Positions 1-8,622 are shown, numbered from the whole stretch's first letter. The stretch is 62,132 nucleotides of DNA, filler included, from 7 parts of 7 records of this genome joined end to end with filler, not necessarily neighbours in it, one strand, 5' to 3'. Numbers and translations are program-made. Notes: generated by a model not told the origin, from the letters alone.

Positions 1-1
1 C

Positions 2-1183
2 GTAACTACTTTCCTTACAGGTGCTATCTTATTTGCATTGGGTCAAGGACCAGTTAAAGGCTTCGCAATCGTATTGATGATTGGTATCGCTTCATCTTTC
101 TTCTCCTCAGTATTTATCACCAGAGTGATTGTAACATGGATGAGCAAAAAAGGAGACAACAGCTCTATTAGCTTTGCTACTCCTTTTGCTAAAAATGCAT
201 TAGGCGCAATGAACCTTGACTTCTTAGGCAAGCGTAAAATTGCTTACATTATCTCTACTTCGATTATTGTAATTGGTCTAGGTATCGCTGCTGTCAATGG
301 ATTGAAATTCGGCGTTGACTTTACAGGTGGTCGTTCCTACATCGTAGCATTCGATGAGCCAATGGCTGCTTCAGATTTGAAATCAGGTTTGGACAGTGAG
401 TTTGATGGATCTGTAGAAGTGAAAACTTACGGTTCTAATAACGTACTGAAAGTAACTACTTCTTACTTGGTAAATGAAGATGATGCTGCTTCGAATCTTG
501 AAGTAGAAAGTAAAGTAAAAGAAGGTATAGCTTCAGTGACAGGATTAACATTTACAGATGATGCTGTATCCCTAGCCGCTGGTCAATTCGCAATTACCGG
601 ATCTTCCAAAGTAGGTGCTACTGTAGCAGATGATATCAAAGCATCTTCAGCTGAAGCGATGATTGCTGCACTGGTTGCAATCTTCTTGTACATCTTATTG
701 AGATTCCGAAAGTGGCAGTTCTCTTTGGCATCTATCATTGCCTTGATTCACGATACCTTATTTGTTATTGCAGCCTTTGCTATTGCAAGTGCTTTTGGAG
801 CAACGTTCGAGATTGACCAAGTATTTATCGCTGCGGTACTTACTGTGATCGGTTACTCTATTAACGATACCGTGATTGTGTTTGACCGTATTCGTGAGAA
901 TATCGAAAATAGGGGTACTAACAAATTGGTAAAAGTATTTAATGACGCTATCAACCAGACCTTAGGCCGTACCTTGATTACTTCATTTACTACGTTAATT
1001 GTGGTGATTGTACTATTAATATTTGGTGGTGAAGTATTGAGAGGCTTCTCATTCGCACTATTCATTGGTGTGTTAGTAGGTACTTATTCTTCTATCTACA
1101 TAGCTACTCCAATTGTAGTGGATTTGATGAAAAGAGAATTAGATCAAGAGAATGCAGCTAAAGAAGCCAAAAAGCTTGCTTAA
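2..1183 (+). CDS. secDF: Protein translocase SecDF fusion, C-terminal part (5' truncated)
   Basis: SecD end (GPVKGFA) followed in frame by SecF motifs GVDFTGG, GYSINDTVIVFDRIRE, RTLITS, GTYSS. Confidence 0.97.
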   Translation, partial: VTTFLTGAILFALGQGPVKGFAIVLMIGIASSFFSSVFITRVIVTWMSKKGDNSSISFATPFAKNALGAMNLDFLGKRKIAYIISTSIIVIGLGIAAVNGLKFGVDFTGGRSYIVAFDEPMAASDLKSGLDSEFDGSVEVKTYGSNNVLKVTTSYLVNEDDAASNLEVESKVKEGIASVTGLTFTDDAVSLAAGQFAITGSSKVGATVADDIKASSAEAMIAALVAIFLYILLRFRKWQFSLASIIALIHDTLFVIAAFAIASAFGATFEIDQVFIAAVLTVIGYSINDTVIVFDRIRENIENRGTNKLVKVFNDAINQTLGRTLITSFTTLIVVIVLLIFGGEVLRGFSFALFIGVLVGTYSSIYIATPIVVDLMKRELDQENAAKEAKKLA

Positions 1184-1206
1184 ATAGCTATTCTCATTAA
1201 TTATTT

Positions 1207-1240
1207 AAAGGAGCGAGTGTCATACTCGCTCCTTTTTTTT
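1207..1240 (+). terminator. Intrinsic terminator of secDF
   Basis: GGAGCGAGT-gtcat-ACTCGCTCC hairpin followed by T8. Confidence 0.9.
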
Positions 1241-1328
1241 GCCTTATCGCAGATAAAATCCTTATCTTTTGGGGAATAATTTCTACAAGTTAATTCCATT
1301 ACACTAAATTTTATAAATATACTTTTCT

Positions 1329-1730
1329 ATGAAAATATCTAAAGAAGACTTCGAAGAGATGAAAGCGAAGTATGACAATGAAGTTAAAAAAGGCAAGCCA
1401 GGCAAAGGAAAGAATGGCAAAGACAAGGATAACCAGACCGGCTGGATATTTTTTGACAGGGCTACCTTGGAAAATTTATTGGCCAAATCTGACAACGATC
1501 CCAGTGTTGGTGGAATTCAATTTTATTTCACGCAGTACACCGAAGAAACTGCAGCAAAAGCATATCCTAATGAAGCGGCTGCCTATACAGGTCAGATGAC
1601 CTTAGTGATGCGGGCTGCAAATCTGAAGGATAATAAATTTGTGAAAATTGAATTAGGAGGAGAGGATGAATACCAAAATAATGGAGTTCAATGTCCGTAT
1701 CACTGTGAACCAGAACCTACTGATACTTAA
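1329..1730 (+). CDS. Small soluble hypothetical protein with C-terminal NGxxCPxxC motif; candidate signal-peptide precursor
   Basis: 133-aa ORF with ATG start, no signal peptide or TM segment, ends EDEYQNNGVQCPYHCEPEPTDT; first gene of a tightly packed cassette. Confidence 0.85.
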   Translation: MKISKEDFEEMKAKYDNEVKKGKPGKGKNGKDKDNQTGWIFFDRATLENLLAKSDNDPSVGGIQFYFTQYTEETAAKAYPNEAAAYTGQMTLVMRAANLKDNKFVKIELGGEDEYQNNGVQCPYHCEPEPTDT

Positions 1731-1732
1731 AA

Positions 1733-2518
1733 ATGGAGGCTAGATTTTTCGAAGCGTTTCTAATGCCGTATTTGGTTGTATTAGATACACTTTCATTAAC
1801 TGGAATCATCTATTTCTACATGTTGCCAAAGGAACAAAAAGCCAATACTAGTTATTGGCTTCCTTTGGTAATATTATTATTTACATGTTTTTTTGAAAAC
1901 ATGGGGGCCTATTGCAATTACAACACAGCATTCAATAAGGAAGTAAATGCTTTCTTTGGGAACACTGAGAATCCTAGATACAATCTGTGGTTGTACAACA
2001 TTGCCAACAAGCAAATCAGTACAATATTGTACCTGTTTTTAATAAAATCCTGGCTTAAACCCTCTAAAAAGAAATACATCAACTGGATGCTTGTGGTTTT
2101 TATAAGTGTCGCTTTTTATTTTCAAATCGCTGGTATAGAGCCTATTTATTCATTTCAGCCTATCATATTTGCAATAGGCGCGAATATGATGGTTATAGGC
2201 ATCGGACTTTATTTCATTGGGCTGATCACTGATGAAGCATTTCTAAATTCTAATCCGGTAAAGTTGATCTCCTTTTGGCAAATGACATTTCTGTTATTTA
2301 CCTATTCTTTATCCTACATTAATTCCATTGCATTGGAATTTTTTCTAACATTTAATGAAAATTTAGGCAGGTCTCTTTTACAAATTGATATTGTAATGGG
2401 GGTTTTAACTAAGATTATTCTTGTGCTTACACTAGTGTCACCAAACTTCCCGAAACTATTTGAGAGAGAGCCCTCCTCTATTGATAATAAAAACCTAGAG
2501 GGATTGATAGTTAGGTAA
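1733..2518 (+). CDS. Hypothetical ~7-TM membrane protein, paralog 1 (candidate stand-alone sensor)
   Basis: About seven hydrophobic segments by eye; 2-nt gap from the upstream ORF; clear similarity to 2521..3288. Confidence 0.85.
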   Translation: MEARFFEAFLMPYLVVLDTLSLTGIIYFYMLPKEQKANTSYWLPLVILLFTCFFENMGAYCNYNTAFNKEVNAFFGNTENPRYNLWLYNIANKQISTILYLFLIKSWLKPSKKKYINWMLVVFISVAFYFQIAGIEPIYSFQPIIFAIGANMMVIGIGLYFIGLITDEAFLNSNPVKLISFWQMTFLLFTYSLSYINSIALEFFLTFNENLGRSLLQIDIVMGVLTKIILVLTLVSPNFPKLFEREPSSIDNKNLEGLIVR

Positions 2519-2520
2519 AC

Positions 2521-3288
2521 ATGGATGAACGATTAATAAGGGCTTTATTTACAGCCTATCCTCTGAATACATTTCCACTATATCTGCTTCAGATCATAGG
2601 TGTCATTTGTTTTATTAAGCTGCCAAGAGAAAAAAAAGCAAATATTCATTATTTGCTTCCTTTTTTTATCTTGAGTTTTACTTTTTTTTATGAAACCTTG
2701 GGAGCGTACTTGAACTATAATCATGAACTCAAGTATGCAATAAATGCCTACTTGGGGAACACAGTATATCCAAAGTTCAATCTTTTCCTCTTTAATATAG
2801 CAAACAGGCAGATAGGTACCATACTATACTTAATTCTGATTAAGTCCTGGTTGCACCCTTCCAAAAAGAAATACATTACCTGGATGATTTATATATTCAT
2901 AGTCTTGGCATTAATTCTTCAAATTACTGGAATGGAACTCCTCTATTTGCAACAGCCTATTATTTTTAGCATTGGAGCAAATATGATACTAATTGCGAGT
3001 GGCATTTATTTCACAGGGCTGATGACACATAAAGCCTACTTAGATAGAAATCCTCTAAAACTGCTTTCATTTTGGCAGGTGACGAGTATGTTGTTCACCT
3101 ACACCTTAACATACATCAGTTCGGTGTCCTTAATTTATCTCTATGAAGTGAATCCAGTTTTAGGAAGAGCACTTTCGAATATTAATACTGTGATGACAAT
3201 TATCACTTTGGGAGTTTTAACGTTGATTATCGCCTCCCCGCTGCTACCTAATACCTTTGAAAAAGAACCTTTCTATGAATCCAACTGA
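2521..3288 (+). CDS. Hypothetical ~7-TM membrane protein, paralog 2
   Basis: Shares NIANxQIxTILYLxLIKSWLxPSKKKYIxWM, QPIIFxIGANM and NPxKLxSFWQ with 1733..2518. Confidence 0.85.
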   Translation: MDERLIRALFTAYPLNTFPLYLLQIIGVICFIKLPREKKANIHYLLPFFILSFTFFYETLGAYLNYNHELKYAINAYLGNTVYPKFNLFLFNIANRQIGTILYLILIKSWLHPSKKKYITWMIYIFIVLALILQITGMELLYLQQPIIFSIGANMILIASGIYFTGLMTHKAYLDRNPLKLLSFWQVTSMLFTYTLTYISSVSLIYLYEVNPVLGRALSNINTVMTIITLGVLTLIIASPLLPNTFEKEPFYESN

Positions 3289-4030
3289 AGATCAGATTTA
3301 CGTCATTATTTTTAGTACTCTTTTTTTAGGAGGCTTAATGTCCACCTTTGTGGTAGCAATGGTTTTTATCCACCGTCAGCGCCAAGCTCAAAATCGCCTG
3401 AAAATGGATCAGGTTAAGTCTGAGCATGAGAAGACTTTGCTGAATATTGAAAATGAGATCCAACAAGAAACCCTGACTCATATAGGTAGGGAGCTTCACG
3501 ACAATATTGGTCAGTTACTTTCGCTCGCCAAGCTCAATTTTGGATCAATAAAACCTGAAAAAATAGCCGAAGGAAGAGACATACTAGGTCAGGCAATACA
3601 AGAAGTACGTGGCTTGTCCAAGCAATTAAATCTAGATTGGGTGGAGTCCATCAGCATCAATGAATTCATCGAACAACAGTTGGAAAGAATACAGAATACA
3701 GGTTTTTGTCAGACTTCTCTGGAAGCAGATTTTGAACTTATAGAATTGCCTAAGGATCAAAAACTGGTGTTGATCCGTGTCATTCAAGAATCACTCAATA
3801 ATGCGATTAAGCATGCTTTTCCCGATAAGATCCAGATCAGGTTGCATGAAAATGGGATGAGAAAACAAATCTTAATCAAAGACAACGGTAAGGGATTTGA
3901 CTCATCTCAAAAATTAAATGGCAGTGGAATGTTCAATCTCAAGAAGAGAATGGAAACTATCGGCGGCGAATTTCACCTGACTTCAGCAGTCGGAAAAGGA
4001 ACAGAAATAACTTTAACCTTGCCAAATTAG
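3275..4030 (+). CDS. HisKA_3-type histidine kinase with one TM helix and no sensor domain
   Basis: H-box RELHDNIGQLL, N-box QESLNNAIKHA, G-boxes DNGKGF and GSGM; ATG at 3275 overlaps the upstream gene by 14 nt. Confidence 0.95.
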   Translation: MNPTEDQIYVIIFSTLFLGGLMSTFVVAMVFIHRQRQAQNRLKMDQVKSEHEKTLLNIENEIQQETLTHIGRELHDNIGQLLSLAKLNFGSIKPEKIAEGRDILGQAIQEVRGLSKQLNLDWVESISINEFIEQQLERIQNTGFCQTSLEADFELIELPKDQKLVLIRVIQESLNNAIKHAFPDKIQIRLHENGMRKQILIKDNGKGFDSSQKLNGSGMFNLKKRMETIGGEFHLTSAVGKGTEITLTLPN

Positions 4031-4079
4031 ATTTTAGGGTATAATTTGAAGTTTAATCTCCCCAAATTATTAACCTTAA

Positions 4080-4712
4080 ATGCGCATGATCAGGATTGCC
4101 CTGGCTGACGACCACAAGCTATTTGCAAAAGGAATAGAAGGAATTCTAGAAGATGAGGATGACCTACTCGTCGTTGGTGTCTTTCCAAACGGAAGAGAGC
4201 TTTGTGATTACTTAGCAGATAATGAGATTGATATAGTCCTCACTGACCTTAACATGCCTATTATGGATGGTTTTGGCGTGTTAGATCATTGCAAAGAAGC
4301 ACACCCACATTTGAAGGTTGTTGTTCTCTCCATGTATGATGAGGAAAAAATTTACAAAAAATGCATCAATCAAAAAGCCGATGCTTTTATACTCAAAGAC
4401 GCTGATCCAGATGAATTGATATTTACCATTCATGAAGTTTATGAAGGTAGACACGTTTTGAATTTTGATCGAGTCAAAAAACAAGCTTTGCAAGGCGCCT
4501 ATTTTGACGCATTTCGAATGAAGTATAAACTTTCCCGCCGTGAAACAGAAATCATCCAACTAATCCGGGAAGGAATTCAAAACAAAAGTATCGCTGAAAT
4601 GCTTAATCTAAGCAAACAGACCGTCGAAACGCATCGTAAAAATATCCACCAGAAACTTCAAGTTAGTTCTCGAATTGAGCTAGTGAACAAGGCACATGAA
4701 ATGAACTTATAA
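4080..4712 (+). CDS. NarL/LuxR-family response regulator
   Basis: REC domain (ADDH, DLNMP, LSM, K) plus LuxR HTH LSRRETEII...TVETHRKNI. Confidence 0.96.
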   Translation: MRMIRIALADDHKLFAKGIEGILEDEDDLLVVGVFPNGRELCDYLADNEIDIVLTDLNMPIMDGFGVLDHCKEAHPHLKVVVLSMYDEEKIYKKCINQKADAFILKDADPDELIFTIHEVYEGRHVLNFDRVKKQALQGAYFDAFRMKYKLSRRETEIIQLIREGIQNKSIAEMLNLSKQTVETHRKNIHQKLQVSSRIELVNKAHEMNL

Positions 4713-4714
4713 TT

Positions 4715-5761
4715 ATGAGCAATCCCATTAAGACAGCCATCGTAGGCTTCGGTTCTGTAGCTGAAAAAATGCATGCACCCCTGATAGCAGTATGTCCAGA
4801 CCTTGATCTGGTAGCATCAGTGGAACGTCGCACTAATCGTTGCGAAGAGATATATTCTGGAGTAACTACATACAGAAGCTTAGATGAATTGCTTGCTGCA
4901 GAGGTGGCTGAGCTCATCGTGATCACCACCCCAAATGAGTTTCACTTCCCTATGGCAATGCAGTGCTTGAATGCTGGAAAGCATGTGGTGGTAGATAAGC
5001 CGGTCACGATTTTCTCTCATGAAGCCGAAGAGCTAAATAAGCTAGCTAGTGAGAAAGGCTTGGTTTGTTCTGTCTTTCACAACCGTCGATACGATGGGGA
5101 TTTCATGACCTTGCAAAAGTTGGTTCGAGAAGGAGATCTTGGAGATCTCGTATATCTGGAATCTCATTTTGACCGCTTCCGTCCAGATGTTTCGGAGAAT
5201 TGGAGAGAAAAGGAAGTCCCTGGCAATGGTATCACCTATGATCTTGGGGCTCATTTGATCGATCAAGTAGTATTGCTTTTTGGTCTACCAAACTGGATTC
5301 AGGCGGACATCCGCAAGCAAAGAACTGGTGCTGTGGCTGACGATTACTTTGACATTACCATGGACTACGGCACTCTTAAAGCTAAGGTGACCGCAGGAGC
5401 TTTAGTGAATGTACCTACTCCAAAGTTTTTGCTTTTGGGTAAAAATGGATCTTACCAAAAGTTCGGTTTGGATGTACAAGAAGCAGAGTTCAAGCTGGGA
5501 CATAAGCCAGAAGGCGCAAGTTGGGGTGTGGAAACTGAGGAGAAGTGGGGGAAAATTTTCCTCAGTGAGGAAACGAAAGCTTATGAGACCATCCCAGGAA
5601 ATTACAGAATTCTATACCAAAATGTCGCAGATGCTATTTCAAAAGGCACTTCACTAGACATCACCATTCCACAGACCATCAGCGTTTTGAAGATTATAGA
5701 GGCATCTTTTAAAAGTGCAGAAGAGAAACGCACCATTTCAAAAGCAGAAGGAAATTGGTAA
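4715..5761 (+). CDS. Gfo/Idh/MocA oxidoreductase (YhhX/YdgJ/IolW-like)
   Basis: IVGFG Rossmann start, HVVVDKP, FHNRRYDGDF, YDLGAHLIDQ. Confidence 0.92.
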   Translation: MSNPIKTAIVGFGSVAEKMHAPLIAVCPDLDLVASVERRTNRCEEIYSGVTTYRSLDELLAAEVAELIVITTPNEFHFPMAMQCLNAGKHVVVDKPVTIFSHEAEELNKLASEKGLVCSVFHNRRYDGDFMTLQKLVREGDLGDLVYLESHFDRFRPDVSENWREKEVPGNGITYDLGAHLIDQVVLLFGLPNWIQADIRKQRTGAVADDYFDITMDYGTLKAKVTAGALVNVPTPKFLLLGKNGSYQKFGLDVQEAEFKLGHKPEGASWGVETEEKWGKIFLSEETKAYETIPGNYRILYQNVADAISKGTSLDITIPQTISVLKIIEASFKSAEEKRTISKAEGNW

Positions 5762-5766
5762 TAATT

Positions 5767-5774
5767 TAAGTTTG
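5767..5774 (+). promoter_or_regulatory. Bacteroidota -7 promoter element
   Basis: TAAGTTTG matches TAnnTTTG, 42 nt upstream of the ATG at 5817. Confidence 0.5.
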
Positions 5775-5816
5775 GCTCTTTTTTGGGGTAAGGGATTAGA
5801 AATAATTAAATCCACC

Positions 5817-6254
5817 ATGAAAAAAGTATTCTTATTAGCATTTGCTCTTTTTGCTTTTATATCGATTTCTCAAGCTCAAGTAGCTGTAGGTATCAACTTC
5901 CAGAGTTCTGATACTTTTATCACCGTAGGAACTGACCCGAACAATGAATTCTTCGGAGAAGCTAGACTGGGCATCGGCCACGACATCGGGCTAGAATTGA
6001 TGGGAGCCTATAATTTCGTTAGAAAAAGTGAAGTGAATGCCTACGTAGGCGCAGGTCTGGGCTTATTAGGAGATCATCATCACAAGCACCATGATGACCA
6101 CAACGATATTTACGTGGCAATTCCAATAGGCGTATTGATTACTCCATTTAATACTAAAAACTTGGGCTTTTTAGTAGAAGCCGCACCGGTATTTGCAAAT
6201 CACAATGACAGTTACCTCAGAGGCGGTGTCGGCGTGAAATATACCTTTAGATAG
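5817..6254 (+). CDS. Small outer-membrane beta-barrel protein with a His-rich loop
   Basis: Signal peptide MKKVFLLAFALFAFISISQA, alternating beta strands, C-terminal GVKYTF(R), loop DHHHKHHDDHND. Confidence 0.75.
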   Translation: MKKVFLLAFALFAFISISQAQVAVGINFQSSDTFITVGTDPNNEFFGEARLGIGHDIGLELMGAYNFVRKSEVNAYVGAGLGLLGDHHHKHHDDHNDIYVAIPIGVLITPFNTKNLGFLVEAAPVFANHNDSYLRGGVGVKYTFR

Positions 6255-6269
6255 ATCAAATTTACCATT

Positions 6270-6316
6270 AACCCAAAAAATGTCAACTCAGTTATTGAGT
6301 TGACATTTTTTGGGTT
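6270..6316. terminator. Bidirectional terminator between convergent genes
   Basis: Perfect 21-bp inverted repeat AACCCAAAAAATGTCAACTCA with a 5-nt loop. Confidence 0.85.
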
Positions 6317-6326
6317 TAAGCTTTTT

Positions 6327-7007
6327 TTACTTATTGTTTAGGAAAAAAGAAACTCCCAGATAGATTGCTGAGGTATTTAAACCAAACTCAAAAGAATTAT
6401 TACTGTAGTCTGCAATGGTGGTTTCTTGGTTGGAGCTTGTAAAAGTCGCAAGATTAGTAGACAGCTCTATTGCCATCCAATTTTTAGGGAAGTAAGCGAT
6501 TCCTGCTAAAAGTCTGGTCTCATACTCAGTGTAGTTGACCTCATTTTCTGAAGGACTGCCATTATTATATTCATACATGGACGTATTTTTATTTTTCAGC
6601 GCCCCACTATTTAACTCCCCAAATGCTGAAAATTTATCACCAAATGGAAAATACTTTCTAGCAAACAAGCCTGCACCAAATGCATTTTGCTCATTGGTAA
6701 GTCTTTCCTTACTAGAGTTTGTGCTGCTGTAAGTGGTAGCATCCATTATACTTTTACCAGTTTTAAATCTAACCATAGCACCTATAACCCAATTATTTTC
6801 CAAGGCAACACCAACCTTAGGGTCAAAGGAGAACTCATTGGATGTCGTATTTCTATCACTGCCTAAATCCGAAGTCCTTTGCTGATCATTATTGCTATTA
6901 GCGAAGTTGATGCTTCCACCGAGCAAAACACTGCCTTTTTGTATCTGAGCAATTGCTGCAAAAGTGAAGCACTGAAACACGAGTAATACAAGTAATAATC
7001 TTTTCAT
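6327..7007 (-). CDS. Outer-membrane beta-barrel protein
   Basis: Signal peptide, QIQKGSVLLGGS start typical of Bacteroidota barrels, C-terminal LGVSFFL. Confidence 0.8.
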   Translation of the reverse strand: MKRLLLVLLVFQCFTFAAIAQIQKGSVLLGGSINFANSNNDQQRTSDLGSDRNTTSNEFSFDPKVGVALENNWVIGAMVRFKTGKSIMDATTYSSTNSSKERLTNEQNAFGAGLFARKYFPFGDKFSAFGELNSGALKNKNTSMYEYNNGSPSENEVNYTEYETRLLAGIAYFPKNWMAIELSTNLATFTSSNQETTIADYSNNSFEFGLNTSAIYLGVSFFLNNK

Positions 7008-7123
7008 GGGTAGACCTTTTAGTTAGTTTAAATCTTACACGGTCCTGTGAACTATTTAGTTGTAATAAATTTTATAGAAACCTGAAGACTTTCATTTTTC
7101 TGCGGGTATTCATGCATTTTCCT

Positions 7124-7131
7124 TAATTTTG
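7124..7131 (+). promoter_or_regulatory. Bacteroidota -7 promoter element of glyQS
   Basis: TAATTTTG ends 5 nt before the ATG at 7137. Confidence 0.65.
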
Positions 7132-7136
7132 CCGCT

Positions 7137-8603
7137 ATGGCAAAAACTGAAACTCCTGCGGAAAACGCGCAACTGAAAGATATTATTTCCCATGCCAAAG
7201 AGTATGGATTTGTATACCCTAGTTCTGAGATCTATGACGGCCTTCAGGCTGTTTATGATTATGGTGCATATGGTGTTGAGTTGAAAAACAACTTGAAGCG
7301 TCTGTGGTGGGAAACCATGACTCGCGTACAAGACAATATTGTAGGTATAGACGCATCGATTTTTATGCATCCTACTACTTGGAAAGCTTCTGGACACATA
7401 GATAGCTTTAATGATCCGATGATCGACAACAAGGACTCTAAGAAGCGTTACCGTGCAGATGTGCTGGTAGAAGAATATGCAGCCGTGTTCGAAAGAGCTG
7501 GAGATATAGAAAGAGCAAATGCATTGACAGGTACTTTGGCGAGATTGCTGGAAGCAGAAGATCTAGCTGGCGTGAGAGATTTGATTACTAACGAAGGCAT
7601 CAAATGTCCTATCAGCGGCACATCCAACTGGACAGATGTTCGTCAGTTCAACTTGATGTTCTCTACCCAAGTAGGTTCTGTGGCAGAAGACTCTACCACG
7701 ATTTACCTGAGACCTGAGACTGCTCAGGGTATTTTTGTCAACTTCCTTAACGTGCAGAAAACTGCCAGAATGAAAGTTCCTTTTGGAATCGCTCAGATCG
7801 GTAAAGCCTTCAGAAATGAAATCGTTGCACGTCAATTTATCTTCAGAATGCGTGAGTTTGAGCAGATGGAGATGCAATTTTTCGTACGTCCTGGCACTGA
7901 GCTGGAATGGTATCAGAACTGGGCAGATACGAGAATGAAATGGCATTTGGCTTTGGGTATTCCTGCCGAAAAGCTCAGAAAACATAACCATGAGAAGCTT
8001 GCTCACTATGCAAATGCGGCCATGGATATTGAGTTTGATTTCCCTTTTGGCTTCAAAGAAGTGGAAGGAATCCATTCCAGAACTGATTTTGATTTGAAAT
8101 CACATCAGGAATTCTCCAGAAAGAAGCAACAGTATTTCGATCCAGAAGTGAATCAGAACTACATCCCTTATGTAGTGGAGACTTCTATCGGAGCAGATCG
8201 TTTGTTCTTATTGACACTTTGCAATGCCTACACGGAAGAGAAAACCGAGGAGAAAAGCAGAACCTACTTAAAACTTCATCCAGCGATCGCTCCTGTGAAA
8301 GCAGCTATACTTCCAATCACGAAGAAAGATGGCTTGCCAGAAAAAGGAAAAGAGATTGTTGAGTTGCTGAAATATGATTTCAACATTATCTATGAAGATG
8401 CATCTTCTATTGGTAAGCGATACGCACGTCAGGATCTGATCGGGACGCCATTCTGTATCGCTGTTGATCATCAGACACTAGAAGACAATACTGTGACTAT
8501 TCGTCATCGTGATACTACTGAGCAGGAAAGAGTACCTATCTCTGAACTTCACGGTAGAATCTCTGAAGCGACTAGCTTCAGAAGGATCTTTGAGAAGCTT
8601 TAA
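7137..8603 (+). CDS. glyQS: Glycine--tRNA ligase (homodimeric alpha2 type)
   Basis: YLRPETAQGIF, FRNEI, FIFRMREFEQMEMQFF, anticodon-binding domain SIGKRYARQD. Confidence 0.98.
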   Translation: MAKTETPAENAQLKDIISHAKEYGFVYPSSEIYDGLQAVYDYGAYGVELKNNLKRLWWETMTRVQDNIVGIDASIFMHPTTWKASGHIDSFNDPMIDNKDSKKRYRADVLVEEYAAVFERAGDIERANALTGTLARLLEAEDLAGVRDLITNEGIKCPISGTSNWTDVRQFNLMFSTQVGSVAEDSTTIYLRPETAQGIFVNFLNVQKTARMKVPFGIAQIGKAFRNEIVARQFIFRMREFEQMEMQFFVRPGTELEWYQNWADTRMKWHLALGIPAEKLRKHNHEKLAHYANAAMDIEFDFPFGFKEVEGIHSRTDFDLKSHQEFSRKKQQYFDPEVNQNYIPYVVETSIGADRLFLLTLCNAYTEEKTEEKSRTYLKLHPAIAPVKAAILPITKKDGLPEKGKEIVELLKYDFNIIYEDASSIGKRYARQDLIGTPFCIAVDHQTLEDNTVTIRHRDTTEQERVPISELHGRISEATSFRRIFEKL

Positions 8604-8622
8604 TATCTCACCAAAAAAAATA

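Noticed and set aside
1329-1730. Thioredoxin/glutaredoxin or cytochrome c call for the CPYHC motif
   Set aside because: Spacing is CxxxC at the extreme C-terminus, not CxxC in a thioredoxin fold and not CxxCH.
1733-3288. Microbial rhodopsins (7-TM, with a carotenoid gene on the same contig)
   Set aside because: No recognisable helix C RYxDW motif or helix G DxxxK retinal motif shared by both paralogs; paralog 2 has no Lys in TM7.
4715-5761. Oxidoreductase as a core member of the signalling cassette
   Set aside because: Only 2 nt from the regulator, so possibly co-transcribed, but it is a widespread family (a homolog sits at 54583 in an unrelated context); no sequence evidence for a functional link.
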